35,571 bases of DNA from a virus. Taxonomy: Duplodnaviria; Caudoviricetes. This document shows, piece after piece, positions 9,203 to 16,105 of this stretch (position 1 is its first letter; every line of letters starts with the position of its first letter). The notes below the pieces were generated by a model. That model did no database searches. It was given only the letters and a program-made list of their open reading frames with translations, and was not told the DNA's origin. Location: the IMG/VR virus record IMGVR_UViG_3300032155_000034, positions 1 to 35,571 of that record, one strand, 5' to 3'. The translations under genes were made by a program, and so were the position numbers.

Positions 9203-9688
9203 TCAACGCGCGGCGCACAGCGCCGGACAGGGTTGCGGGGTGCCATCCGCCAGGCGGACGGGGACCAGGGCCGAGGCGGAGCCTATCCGCACGGCCACGT
9301 GCTGGATGCCGCCCTCGCACAAGCGGGTGACGGTGGCGGGGGTGTCGGGCTGGTTGGGTGCGTCCGGCGCGCAGCCGGTGAGCACCAGCAGCAGGCAGAC
9401 CAGCGAGGCCAACTGCTGCAAGGCCGTGCCGATGCCCCGGCGCACATGGCCCACGCCAGCGCCGCGAAGGCGGATGATGGGGGTATCCACCCGCGCCTTG
9501 GCGATGTTGACGGCGCGGTGGCTGATGACGCTGGTGACCACCAGTACGGCGGTGGCCGAACCAACGCGGGACGCAAGGTCGGCCTCGCGGCCGGTGTAGC
9601 AGCGCAGGTCCACGCCGCGCTCGGCGGCGGCGCGGCGGTACTTGCCGTGCAGGCGGTCGAGGCCGCCGATCAGGACGATGCTGGTCAT
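9203..9688 (-). CDS. DUF2325-like domain fused to an internal lipobox/lipoprotein-like segment
   Basis: MTSIVLIGGLDRL...ATAVLVVTSVISHRAVNIAK (DUF2325-like), then LVCLLLVLTGC; ATGA-coupled start. Confidence 0.65.
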   Translation of the reverse strand: MTSIVLIGGLDRLHGKYRRAAAERGVDLRCYTGREADLASRVGSATAVLVVTSVISHRAVNIAKARVDTPIIRLRGAGVGHVRRGIGTALQQLASLVCLLLVLTGCAPDAPNQPDTPATVTRLCEGGIQHVAVRIGSASALVPVRLADGTPQPCPALCAAR

Positions 9689-9993
9689 GCGGCCTCCCGG
9701 AGCTTGATGTGGATGAGGCAGACCGCCATGTCGGTGGTTCCGTAGCACTCGAGCATGGCAGCCTGTTCCGCTGCGTCCAGTGCGCGACCCCGCGCAACGG
9801 TGAGTTGGGTGATGGTGCCGCGCAGCCGTTGTTCCTTGCCGTACCCGCGCGACAGGATGACTTCCCGCCCAGGGGCGCACGTTCTGGAGTTCCAGCGAAG
9901 TCCGAAACGACGCATTTCCACGGTCTTTTCGCCGCGCGCGAACGCGTCGTAGTGCTTGCCCTTCAAGGGGATGAACAACGGGCGGGCGCTCAT
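9685..9993 (-). CDS. ASCH/PUA-like domain protein
   Basis: LFIPLKGKHYDAFARGEKTVEMR (GxKxxExR ASCH motif) and VILSRGYG. Confidence 0.72.
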   Translation of the reverse strand: MSARPLFIPLKGKHYDAFARGEKTVEMRRFGLRWNSRTCAPGREVILSRGYGKEQRLRGTITQLTVARGRALDAAEQAAMLECYGTTDMAVCLIHIKLREAA

Positions 9994-10289
9994 GCTGCTA
10001 CCCTCGCATCCACGTCGATGATGACGGCCTCGGCGTCGGCCAGCAGGTGGCCCAGGTCGGCCACGGCGTGCGTGCCCACGGGCACCATGCGCACGGCGGC
10101 GGCATGCAGGGCGTCGGCCCCCACCACGCGAGTGTCCGCGGTCAACCTGGCGCACAGTGTGTTGGCCTCGGACAGGCCCATGCGGGCGGCATCGTCCACG
10201 TCCATGGTCCAGTGCGACCGCCGCGACACCATCACGGCCAAACCGGTCTGGCGGGTGCGGGCCGCGTCCACGATGCAGAACGCGCTCAT
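9990..10289 (-). CDS. Hypothetical phage protein (99 aa)
   Basis: ATGA-coupled on both sides within the early operon; phage-like codon usage. Confidence 0.65.
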   Translation of the reverse strand: MSAFCIVDAARTRQTGLAVMVSRRSHWTMDVDDAARMGLSEANTLCARLTADTRVVGADALHAAAVRMVPVGTHAVADLGHLLADAEAVIIDVDARVAA

Positions 10290-10546
10290 GCAGCACCCCC
10301 GGCCAGTTGCAGGGCGGCGCGCAGCGCGTTGCCCCTGCTGTCGCGCGGGGCGATCACGGTCACCTCACCCGCCACGCCGCGCACGCGGATCATCACGTGG
10401 CCGGGGGTGAACGAGGGGCAGGAGTACAGGCGAACAGGCTCCGCGTTGCGGACAAAGCGCGCCCCGGTGATGTGGTCATTCAGTGCGCGGGGCGCATAGG
10501 CGCGCTCCTCCCGCCCTTTGGGTCCCGGGTCTCTGTATTTCATCAT
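10286..10546 (-). CDS. Hypothetical phage protein (86 aa)
   Basis: GGAGG RBS before ATG 10546; the stop overlaps the next start. Confidence 0.6.
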   Translation of the reverse strand: MMKYRDPGPKGREERAYAPRALNDHITGARFVRNAEPVRLYSCPSFTPGHVMIRVRGVAGEVTVIAPRDSRGNALRAALQLAGGAA

Positions 10547-10573
10547 GTGGTCCTCCGTGCGGGTTGGAGAAAA

Positions 10574-10642
10574 CCGGCTCCCTTGGTATCGCTGCTGCAT
10601 GTCACGCACGCCCGGCACGCCGCCGGAAACCAAAGGAGCCGG
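10574..10642. promoter_or_regulatory. Long inverted repeat covering the RBS of the 10647 gene
   Basis: CCGGCTCCCTTGGT (10574-10587) pairs with ACCAAAGGAGCCGG (10629-10642) at 13 of 14 positions. Confidence 0.55.
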
Positions 10643-10646
10643 AAAC

Positions 10647-11006
10647 ATGGGCAAAGAAGAACTGGAACAGCCGGAACTGTCAGAGGAAAGCCAGGACGAA
10701 TACGACGCTGTCCGGGCCATGGACATTGGGCGGAGCATGCTTGAGGACTTCACGTTCTGGGGGCTGGGCGTCCTTACCTGGACACTGTTGCGGCGGGGAG
10801 AGGCCATCACTCTTGACTCCCTGTTGGCCGAGGGGCGGCGCAGAACCGCGACACCGTCTGGTAAGCCCATGACGCAAGAGAACACTGACCTGGCGAGAGT
10901 GGGCGTTGCCGTTGCCACGCTGGCAGGTATGAAGACAGGTACACCGACAGGTATGGAGCTATCCGACGACCCCCTTGGTCCGGGAAGCAATTCGCCAGCT
11001 CAATAA
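10647..11006 (+). CDS. Hypothetical protein (119 aa), inverted moron-like gene within the early operon
   Basis: AAAGGAG 8 nt before ATG 10647; acidic N-terminus; short hydrophobic stretch FTFWGLGVLTWTLL. Confidence 0.6.
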   Translation: MGKEELEQPELSEESQDEYDAVRAMDIGRSMLEDFTFWGLGVLTWTLLRRGEAITLDSLLAEGRRRTATPSGKPMTQENTDLARVGVAVATLAGMKTGTPTGMELSDDPLGPGSNSPAQ

Positions 11007-11127
11007 AGAAGCGCATGGGCTTGCGGTGGAACTCCGGGCAGTTGTCCATGAGCCACCACACGGTGGCGTCCAGGCCCTTTTCCTCGACCATGGGGCGGAC
11101 AAACGCCCTGACCTGTTCGGCGTTCAT
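10807..11127 (-). CDS. Hypothetical protein; its 3' part overlaps the 10647 gene in antisense
   Basis: GGAGG RBS and ATGA coupling to the upstream HTH gene. The first ~45 aa look protein-like; the remainder is doubtful. Confidence 0.45.
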   Translation of the reverse strand: MNAEQVRAFVRPMVEEKGLDATVWWLMDNCPEFHRKPMRFFIELANCFPDQGGRRIAPYLSVYLSSYLPAWQRQRPLSPGQCSLASWAYQTVSRFCAAPRPTGSQE

Positions 11128-11462
11128 GCGGCCCTCCGGTGCGCGGGACGCACGGGTATGCGCAGCGCGGATTCCGGAGCGCCCGCCTCGCGCAGTTCGT
11201 CGAACAGGCGTTCGGCCGTGGCCCGGTGTGTTTCCGGGTCGCGGTACAGCAGGGGAAACAGCGCCTCGGGCGGGCACCCCAGCGCCAGCAGGTGGGCCAG
11301 CGTGCGCCGGTGGTTTTCCACCCCGCGCACCGTGCCGGTCACCTTGTGGCGCGGCGTGTTCACGGCCCGCGCCACGTCGGCCATGCTGCGCCCCGTCTCC
11401 GCAAGAAACTTGCGCAGCGCCCACGGATCGCGGTCTTTGCCCAGGCCGGATTGGGTGATCAT
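11124..11462 (-). CDS. Ner/Cro-like HTH DNA-binding protein
   Basis: LRKFLAETGRSMADVARAVNTPRHKVTGTVRG; second gene of the operon divergent from the repressor. Confidence 0.7.
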   Translation of the reverse strand: MITQSGLGKDRDPWALRKFLAETGRSMADVARAVNTPRHKVTGTVRGVENHRRTLAHLLALGCPPEALFPLLYRDPETHRATAERLFDELREAGAPESALRIPVRPAHRRAA

Positions 11463-11923
11463 CGTAAAGCCTCCTGTTCCAACAGTTCATCTTCCAGCCG
11501 CCGTTTGGACTTGGCCCGCACCTTGCCCTCTATGCAGGCCTGCCCGTAGTCGCGCAGCTTCCGATCTGCCGGGGTCATCACGTCGCACCCGAATGAGGAC
11601 AGCCACACCCGCAAGGGTGCGGTGGTGCCAAGGGCCGCGCAGAACACGTGCACCGCGAGCATGGAGGGCACATGCTCGCGGTCGTCTGCGGACAGCCACT
11701 TGTCCAAGGTGTCTTGGGAGATGGTGCGGGCACGGCCCTGCGTCATGCGCACGCCAGCGGCAAGCGCGACGTCGTTCATGCGGTCCGTGATCTGCTCTCT
11801 CGACATGGCGCTATCGCGGGCCGCGCGAAACATGGCGGCCTTGATGGCGGAAACAAATCCAGCAACCTGCATGGTGCGGCTGTTGGCTTCCTCGAAGAGA
11901 GAGAGTTGCAGAGGCGTTTTCAC
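11459..11923 (-). CDS. CII-like phage regulatory protein, first early gene
   Basis: SREQITDRM...ISQDTLDKWLSADDREHVPSMLAVHVFCAALG. Probable GTG start at 11923; the ORF-track extension to 12118 runs through the operator region. Confidence 0.68.
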   Translation of the reverse strand: MKTPLQLSLFEEANSRTMQVAGFVSAIKAAMFRAARDSAMSREQITDRMNDVALAAGVRMTQGRARTISQDTLDKWLSADDREHVPSMLAVHVFCAALGTTAPLRVWLSSFGCDVMTPADRKLRDYGQACIEGKVRAKSKRRLEDELLEQEALR

Positions 11924-11975
11924 CGTCCCATTCCCCTTGGTCACACCGTCCGAACCTTCTAACCGGCGAGACGTT

Positions 11976-12107
11976 GACCCGTTTGGGTGGGGCGGGGTAC
12001 AGTGTTCGTGTGAGGTGAACTTGTTACCGCCCCTATGGGGATGCAGATACACCCGTATGGGTGTATGGTCAACCCTCTGCACCCAATATGGGGCACATTT
12101 TCGGGTG
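11976..12107. promoter_or_regulatory. Divergent promoter/operator region with repeated CACCC-N4-GGGTG dyads
   Basis: GACCCGTTTGGGTG (11976), CGCCCCTATGGGGA (12028), ATACACCC-GTAT-GGGTGTAT (12047-12066), CACCCAATATGGGG (12080), CACATTTTCGGGTG (12094). Confidence 0.68.
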
Positions 12108-12112
12108 AAAAA

Positions 12113-12790
12113 GTGCAAACCATCGGAGAACGCCTGCGGGCAGCACGTGGCGAGGCGTCACGCGACGCTTTTGCCCAACGATATGGGATTCATAGGAATA
12201 CGCTTGCGCGGTGGGAGTCTGGAGACCGCACGCCGGACGTCGAGTTCTTGCGCGCCGTGGCTGAAAGTTGCGGCTTGTCTCTGGAGTGGTTGCTGTCAGG
12301 CAAGGGTGAAATGCACCCGGATGGGTATCACCGTCCGAACTCCACACCGCTCCCGATGGTGTGTTCCGACTGTGATGTGGTTATGGTACCCAAAGTCCAA
12401 GCCCGGCTGTCAGCTGGGGGCGGAAGTCTGGAAGCCAACGGTGACCCTGTGGGGACATATGCGTTCAGGTCGGACTGGATTCGCAGAAAGGGGCAAGCCG
12501 CCAGCATGGTGCTCATGGACGTCGTGGGCGACAGCATGGCCCCGGCCATTGAGAACGGCGACATGGTGCTGATTGACCAGTCGCAGCAGCGCGTTATCCC
12601 TGGGGCAATCTATGCCGTTGGCATCGAGGACGGCGTCCTGGTCAAACGGTTGGACCTGACCCCCGGCACGCTGATCCTGTCCAGCATCAACCCGTCGTAT
12701 TCGCCTATTGAGGTGCCGCTGCGTGGCGACCTGGCCGACGCGGTGCGGGTGATCGGCCGCATCATCTGGTGGTGTCGGGAGGCGAAGTAG
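12113..12790 (+). CDS. CI/LexA-like phage repressor (XRE HTH + S24 peptidase)
   Basis: IGERLRAAR...HRNTLARWESGDRTP HTH; LSAGGG cleavage site; GDSMAP catalytic Ser and VKRL Lys. Probable GTG start at 12113 (the frame is open from 12035). Confidence 0.92.
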   Translation: MQTIGERLRAARGEASRDAFAQRYGIHRNTLARWESGDRTPDVEFLRAVAESCGLSLEWLLSGKGEMHPDGYHRPNSTPLPMVCSDCDVVMVPKVQARLSAGGGSLEANGDPVGTYAFRSDWIRRKGQAASMVLMDVVGDSMAPAIENGDMVLIDQSQQRVIPGAIYAVGIEDGVLVKRLDLTPGTLILSSINPSYSPIEVPLRGDLADAVRVIGRIIWWCREAK

Positions 12791-12799
12791 CCGACGCAC

Positions 12800-12900
12800 G
12801 CAAAACGTCCGACGTCGGACGTTTTGCAACCGAGCCGTTTTTGCAACACGCTGAAAATACTATGTGCAGAAAAACAAAACGTCCGACGGTCGGACGTTTT
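12800..12900. repeat. Twin long palindromes built from AAAACGTCCGAC half-sites
   Basis: Perfect 28-bp palindrome at 12800-12827, and 12-bp arms with a 1-nt spacer at 12876-12900. Confidence 0.85.
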
Positions 12901-12912
12901 TGGGGGTAGTCG

Positions 12913-13608
12913 ATGAATCTTCGGTGCTTCTCGATCTCAATTGCCGCCATCCTGCTGTTGGCCGTGCCTGCCCATGCCGAGTCCGCGGCACAATTGCGCC
13001 AAGCCGCGATCCGTGGGGACTACGAAGCACAGCGTAACCTTGCCCAATTGCTGGCGCGTGGCGATGCTTCAATGCCACAGAACTTGCGGGAGGCGTGCGC
13101 GTGGCGCGAGGTTATCGTGGCATCCGGCTATGTTTCGGTACATGGCGGCGATGTCCTGAACCGGAACGACGACTGCGGGAAACTGTCTGCGCAGGAGCGC
13201 GCGTCAGCCAAGGGTGAAGCCGCAAAGATCGGCCAAGAGATCAACCGGAGCATTGCACCCAAAACGCCGGGTTACGGGGCCTCGATTTGGGAAGACGATG
13301 ACTTTGACGACGACGAAGCCGCTGCGAAGAAGCTGGTTGCCTTAGAGCGCAAGGCGTTTGCAGGGGACTCCAAGGCGCAGCGCAGCTTGGCTGTCAGCCT
13401 GTCATCGCAGGCCGCATCCGATGCCATGTGGCACAACAAAGACGAGGAGGCGTGCGCCTGGTGGCGCGTCGTCGCCCAAGGTGGCAAGGCCACGAAGGAA
13501 GACCAGGGCATCGCCAAAAAAGCGTGCGGTGCTCTTGGGCCAGAACCCAAGGAAATTGCGGATGCCAGATTTGCCCGCATCATCTTGGAATTGAAGCGTA
13601 CCCGCTAA
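12913..13608 (+). CDS. Secreted Sel1-like-repeat protein with two tandem domains (moron)
   Basis: Signal peptide ending AHA-E; AIRGDYEAQRNLA...EACAWR...CGKL repeated as AFAGDSKAQRSLA...EACAWW...CGAL. Confidence 0.75.
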   Translation: MNLRCFSISIAAILLLAVPAHAESAAQLRQAAIRGDYEAQRNLAQLLARGDASMPQNLREACAWREVIVASGYVSVHGGDVLNRNDDCGKLSAQERASAKGEAAKIGQEINRSIAPKTPGYGASIWEDDDFDDDEAAAKKLVALERKAFAGDSKAQRSLAVSLSSQAASDAMWHNKDEEACAWWRVVAQGGKATKEDQGIAKKACGALGPEPKEIADARFARIILELKRTR

Positions 13609-13630
13609 TATCCAGCCCCATTTCACCATC

Positions 13631-13660
13631 AAGCCCCGCTCCGGCGGGGCTTCTTGTTTT
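13631..13660 (+). terminator. Intrinsic terminator after the repressor/moron unit
   Basis: AAGCCCCGC-TCCG-GCGGGGCTT followed by CTTGTTTT. Confidence 0.8.
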
Positions 13661-13702
13661 CACATCCGTTAAAAGACGCACTCCCACAGGCCCACCTAAG
13701 GT
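13658..13702 (+). promoter_or_regulatory. Candidate activator-dependent late promoter (Plys-like)
   Basis: CGTTAAAAGACGC (13667-13679) is shared with 21368-21380; -10-like TAAGGT at 13697. Confidence 0.55.
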
Positions 13703-13747
13703 GGGCCTTGTCGTTGCGGCACTACGCAGCACCGCAAGGGAGGAGAC

Positions 13748-14362
13748 ATGCAGGATATTTTCGACAGGGCGCAGGCGTTCGTCGCCAAGTGGGAGGGCGG
13801 TCTTGTGGACCACCCGAACGATCCCGGCGGCATCACCAACCGGGGCGTGTCGCTGCGCTGGCTGCGCAAGATCGGTTGCGACATCGACGGCGACGGCGAC
13901 ATCGATCAGGACGATGTCCTTGCGGTTACGCCCGATGTGGCGGCCCAGCTGTTCCACCAGCATTTCTGGATTGGCCCCAGTGTGTATCTGCTGCCACCGC
14001 TGGTGGCCGTGGCGGTCTACGACGCCGCCGTCAACCAAGGCGCTGGGCAGGCGGTGAGACAGTTGCAGGCCGCGTGCAACACCGTAAGCACCCGGCAGGT
14101 GGAAGTGGATGGCGGCATCGGAGACGAAACGCTCGGGCGCGTGCAGGCCCTGTGCGGTGAGCTGGGGGGACGGACGCTGGCTGTCTGCGACATCGCCATC
14201 ACCGCACGCGAGCGGTTCTACCGCGACCTCGCCAGCCGCCCCCCCAAGCGGATGGCCGATGGCCGGGTGGTGGACTACCGCAAGTTCCTGTCCGGCTGGC
14301 TGGCCCGTACCGGCTCCCTGCGCGGCTGGTGCCACCAACTCGCCACCGAGGGGTGGGCGTGA
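13748..14362 (+). CDS. Endolysin, glycoside hydrolase family 108 with peptidoglycan-binding domain
   Basis: WEGGLVDHPNDPGGITNRGV, YDAAVNQG, VDGGIGDETL, KFLSGWLAR; GGAGG RBS. Confidence 0.92.
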   Translation: MQDIFDRAQAFVAKWEGGLVDHPNDPGGITNRGVSLRWLRKIGCDIDGDGDIDQDDVLAVTPDVAAQLFHQHFWIGPSVYLLPPLVAVAVYDAAVNQGAGQAVRQLQAACNTVSTRQVEVDGGIGDETLGRVQALCGELGGRTLAVCDIAITARERFYRDLASRPPKRMADGRVVDYRKFLSGWLARTGSLRGWCHQLATEGWA

Positions 14363-14703
14363 TGCTGCGGCGATCGGCGCTGGCCCGCGCCGCCACCCTG
14401 GTGGGCGATGCCTTTTGCGATCACAGCGGGGGCACCAGCGCCATGCGCATCATGGCGGTCCTCGTCTGCGTCATCGTGCTGGGCGCGTGGATCGTCGGCA
14501 TGCTGGCGGCAGGGCGCTACATTCCGCTGGGCTGGGCAGAGGCCGGGCTGATCGGCATGGCCTGTGGGGCCAAGGCCACGCAATCGCGATTTGAGCTGGG
14601 GTCCGGCGGGGTTTGGGGTGCGCTGCACTCGCCCGGTATCGACACCACCGCACCCGCGCAGGAGCCGGTACCGGCTCTGCGCGACATGGAGACCGGAGGC
14701 TAA
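14362..14703 (+). CDS. Putative holin
   Basis: Two hydrophobic segments; lies between the endolysin and spanins; TGATG-coupled start. Confidence 0.6.
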   Translation: MLRRSALARAATLVGDAFCDHSGGTSAMRIMAVLVCVIVLGAWIVGMLAAGRYIPLGWAEAGLIGMACGAKATQSRFELGSGGVWGALHSPGIDTTAPAQEPVPALRDMETGG

Positions 14704-15120
14704 ATGATCATCGACACACTCAAGGCGCGCGGTATCGCCATTGGCGCGGGCGCCGCACTGCTGCTTGTGCTGGCCCTGCTGGGCTGGGCCCTGTGGCTGC
14801 GCGGCGATCTGGCCGACGCCCGCACCGATCTGGCCGTGGAGCAGGCGGCCCACAATGACACCCGGGCGGAACTGGCCACCCAGCGCACTGCCAACAACCT
14901 GTTGCTGGCCGACCAGCGCGCCAGCAACGGGACCATCACCGCCCTGTCCGGCCAGGTGATCGCCACACAGGCGCTGCACCGCGAGTACGTGACACGCGAG
15001 GCTACGCGCCGGCGCGTGCTGAATAACGCCACAACCCGGGACAGAACCCCCGAAGAAACCGCCAAGGTGGTGGACAATGCGACGCGCCGCGCTGCTGCTG
15101 ATATGCTTAACGATTGGTAG
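14704..15120 (+). CDS. Rz-like inner-membrane spanin
   Basis: Single N-terminal TM helix followed by a coiled coil; lysis cassette position. Confidence 0.7.
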   Translation: MIIDTLKARGIAIGAGAALLLVLALLGWALWLRGDLADARTDLAVEQAAHNDTRAELATQRTANNLLLADQRASNGTITALSGQVIATQALHREYVTREATRRRVLNNATTRDRTPEETAKVVDNATRRAAADMLNDW

Positions 15121-15409
15121 CGCGGCGGGTTGCGCATCCGTGCCGCCGCAGTCCCCCACCGTGCTGACGGTGCGCCACGTGATGACCCCGTGCCCGCATC
15201 CGCCGGACATGACGGCGGCCCAGCTGGCCACCATGGCCGGGCGCGTGGACGGCGATGCGCCGTTCGACGGGCCGGGCAATGTGGACGTGCTGACGGCGCG
15301 CCACCAGGTGATCCGCGCCCACGTCAAAGGTCTGGAGGCGGCCCTGCGCTGCTACGACAGGCAGGCCCAGGCCGGGCAGGCTGACGAAGGGGGCGCGGAT
15401 GAACGCTGA
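15077..15409 (+). CDS. Rz1-like outer-membrane lipoprotein spanin
   Basis: MRRAALLLICLTIGSAAG-C lipobox, Pro-rich, overlaps the 3' end of the Rz-like gene. Confidence 0.7.
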   Translation: MRRAALLLICLTIGSAAGCASVPPQSPTVLTVRHVMTPCPHPPDMTAAQLATMAGRVDGDAPFDGPGNVDVLTARHQVIRAHVKGLEAALRCYDRQAQAGQADEGGADER

Positions 15410-15779
15410 TCTTGTCGTGCAATGGGCAGGCGTCATCGTGCCGCTGGTGGTGCTGCTGGTGCAGGGGCTGCTGGCCTGGCTGATGTGGTCCCTGCGCCGG
15501 GAATACGTGTCCAGGGCGGACTGCGGTGCCTGCCACGGCAAGGTGGATGCGCAGATTGCCGGGGTGGACACGCGCGTTACGGGGCTGGAGGGTGCAATGG
15601 AAGCCGCCCCCACCTCCAAGGATATGCAGACCGTCATGGTCCAGCTAGCCGAGATCAGCGGCGAGTTGAAGGCGGCCAACGCCCGCGCCGAAGGGCAGGC
15701 GGAGCTGCTGAAGTCCGTCTCCCGGCAGGTGTCCATGTTGAACGATTACCACGTCACCAAGCCCGGGCGTGATCGATAG
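15399..15779 (+). CDS. DUF2730-like (Mu gp25-like) membrane-anchored protein
   Basis: N-terminal TM helix, RVTGLEGAMEAAPT, coiled coil; Mu synteny. Confidence 0.72.
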   Translation: MNADLVVQWAGVIVPLVVLLVQGLLAWLMWSLRREYVSRADCGACHGKVDAQIAGVDTRVTGLEGAMEAAPTSKDMQTVMVQLAEISGELKAANARAEGQAELLKSVSRQVSMLNDYHVTKPGRDR

Positions 15780-15787
15780 GAGTGTCC

Positions 15788-16096
15788 ATGTCGTTCCAGA
15801 AACTGCTTGCCGAAGACCGCCGCCTGTGCGTGCTGCGCCTGCTGTCGGGCGCGCCGGGGCGCGAGGCGAATCATTTCGTGCTCAAGACCGCCCTGCGCGA
15901 CCTGGGCCACGCCGTCAGCCATGACGTGGTGCTGTCCGACCTTGCGTGGCTGGAGGAACAGGGCCTCGTGTCCACCACCGGCGCAGGCACCAACGGCGAC
16001 CTCACCGTGGCCGCCCTGACCGGGCGCGGCCAGGACGTGGCCGACGGCGTGGCCGTGGTGCCCGGCGTCAAGCGCCCCCTGCCGGGCGACGACTAG
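15788..16096 (+). CDS. Mu gp26-like winged-helix protein
   Basis: EDRRLCVLRLL...DLAWLEEQGLV...LTGRGQDVADG...PGVKRP. Confidence 0.8.
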   Translation: MSFQKLLAEDRRLCVLRLLSGAPGREANHFVLKTALRDLGHAVSHDVVLSDLAWLEEQGLVSTTGAGTNGDLTVAALTGRGQDVADGVAVVPGVKRPLPGDD

Positions 16097-16105
16097 GAGG
16101 CCACC

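Noticed and set aside
10547-10990. N-terminal extension of the 10286-10990 ORF
   Set aside because: It is antisense to the better-supported 10647 gene, and the GGAGG RBS marks the start at 10546.
13879-13916. EF-hand-like DIDGDGDIDQDD loop in the endolysin
   Set aside because: Commonly seen in GH108 phage lysins, so not novel.
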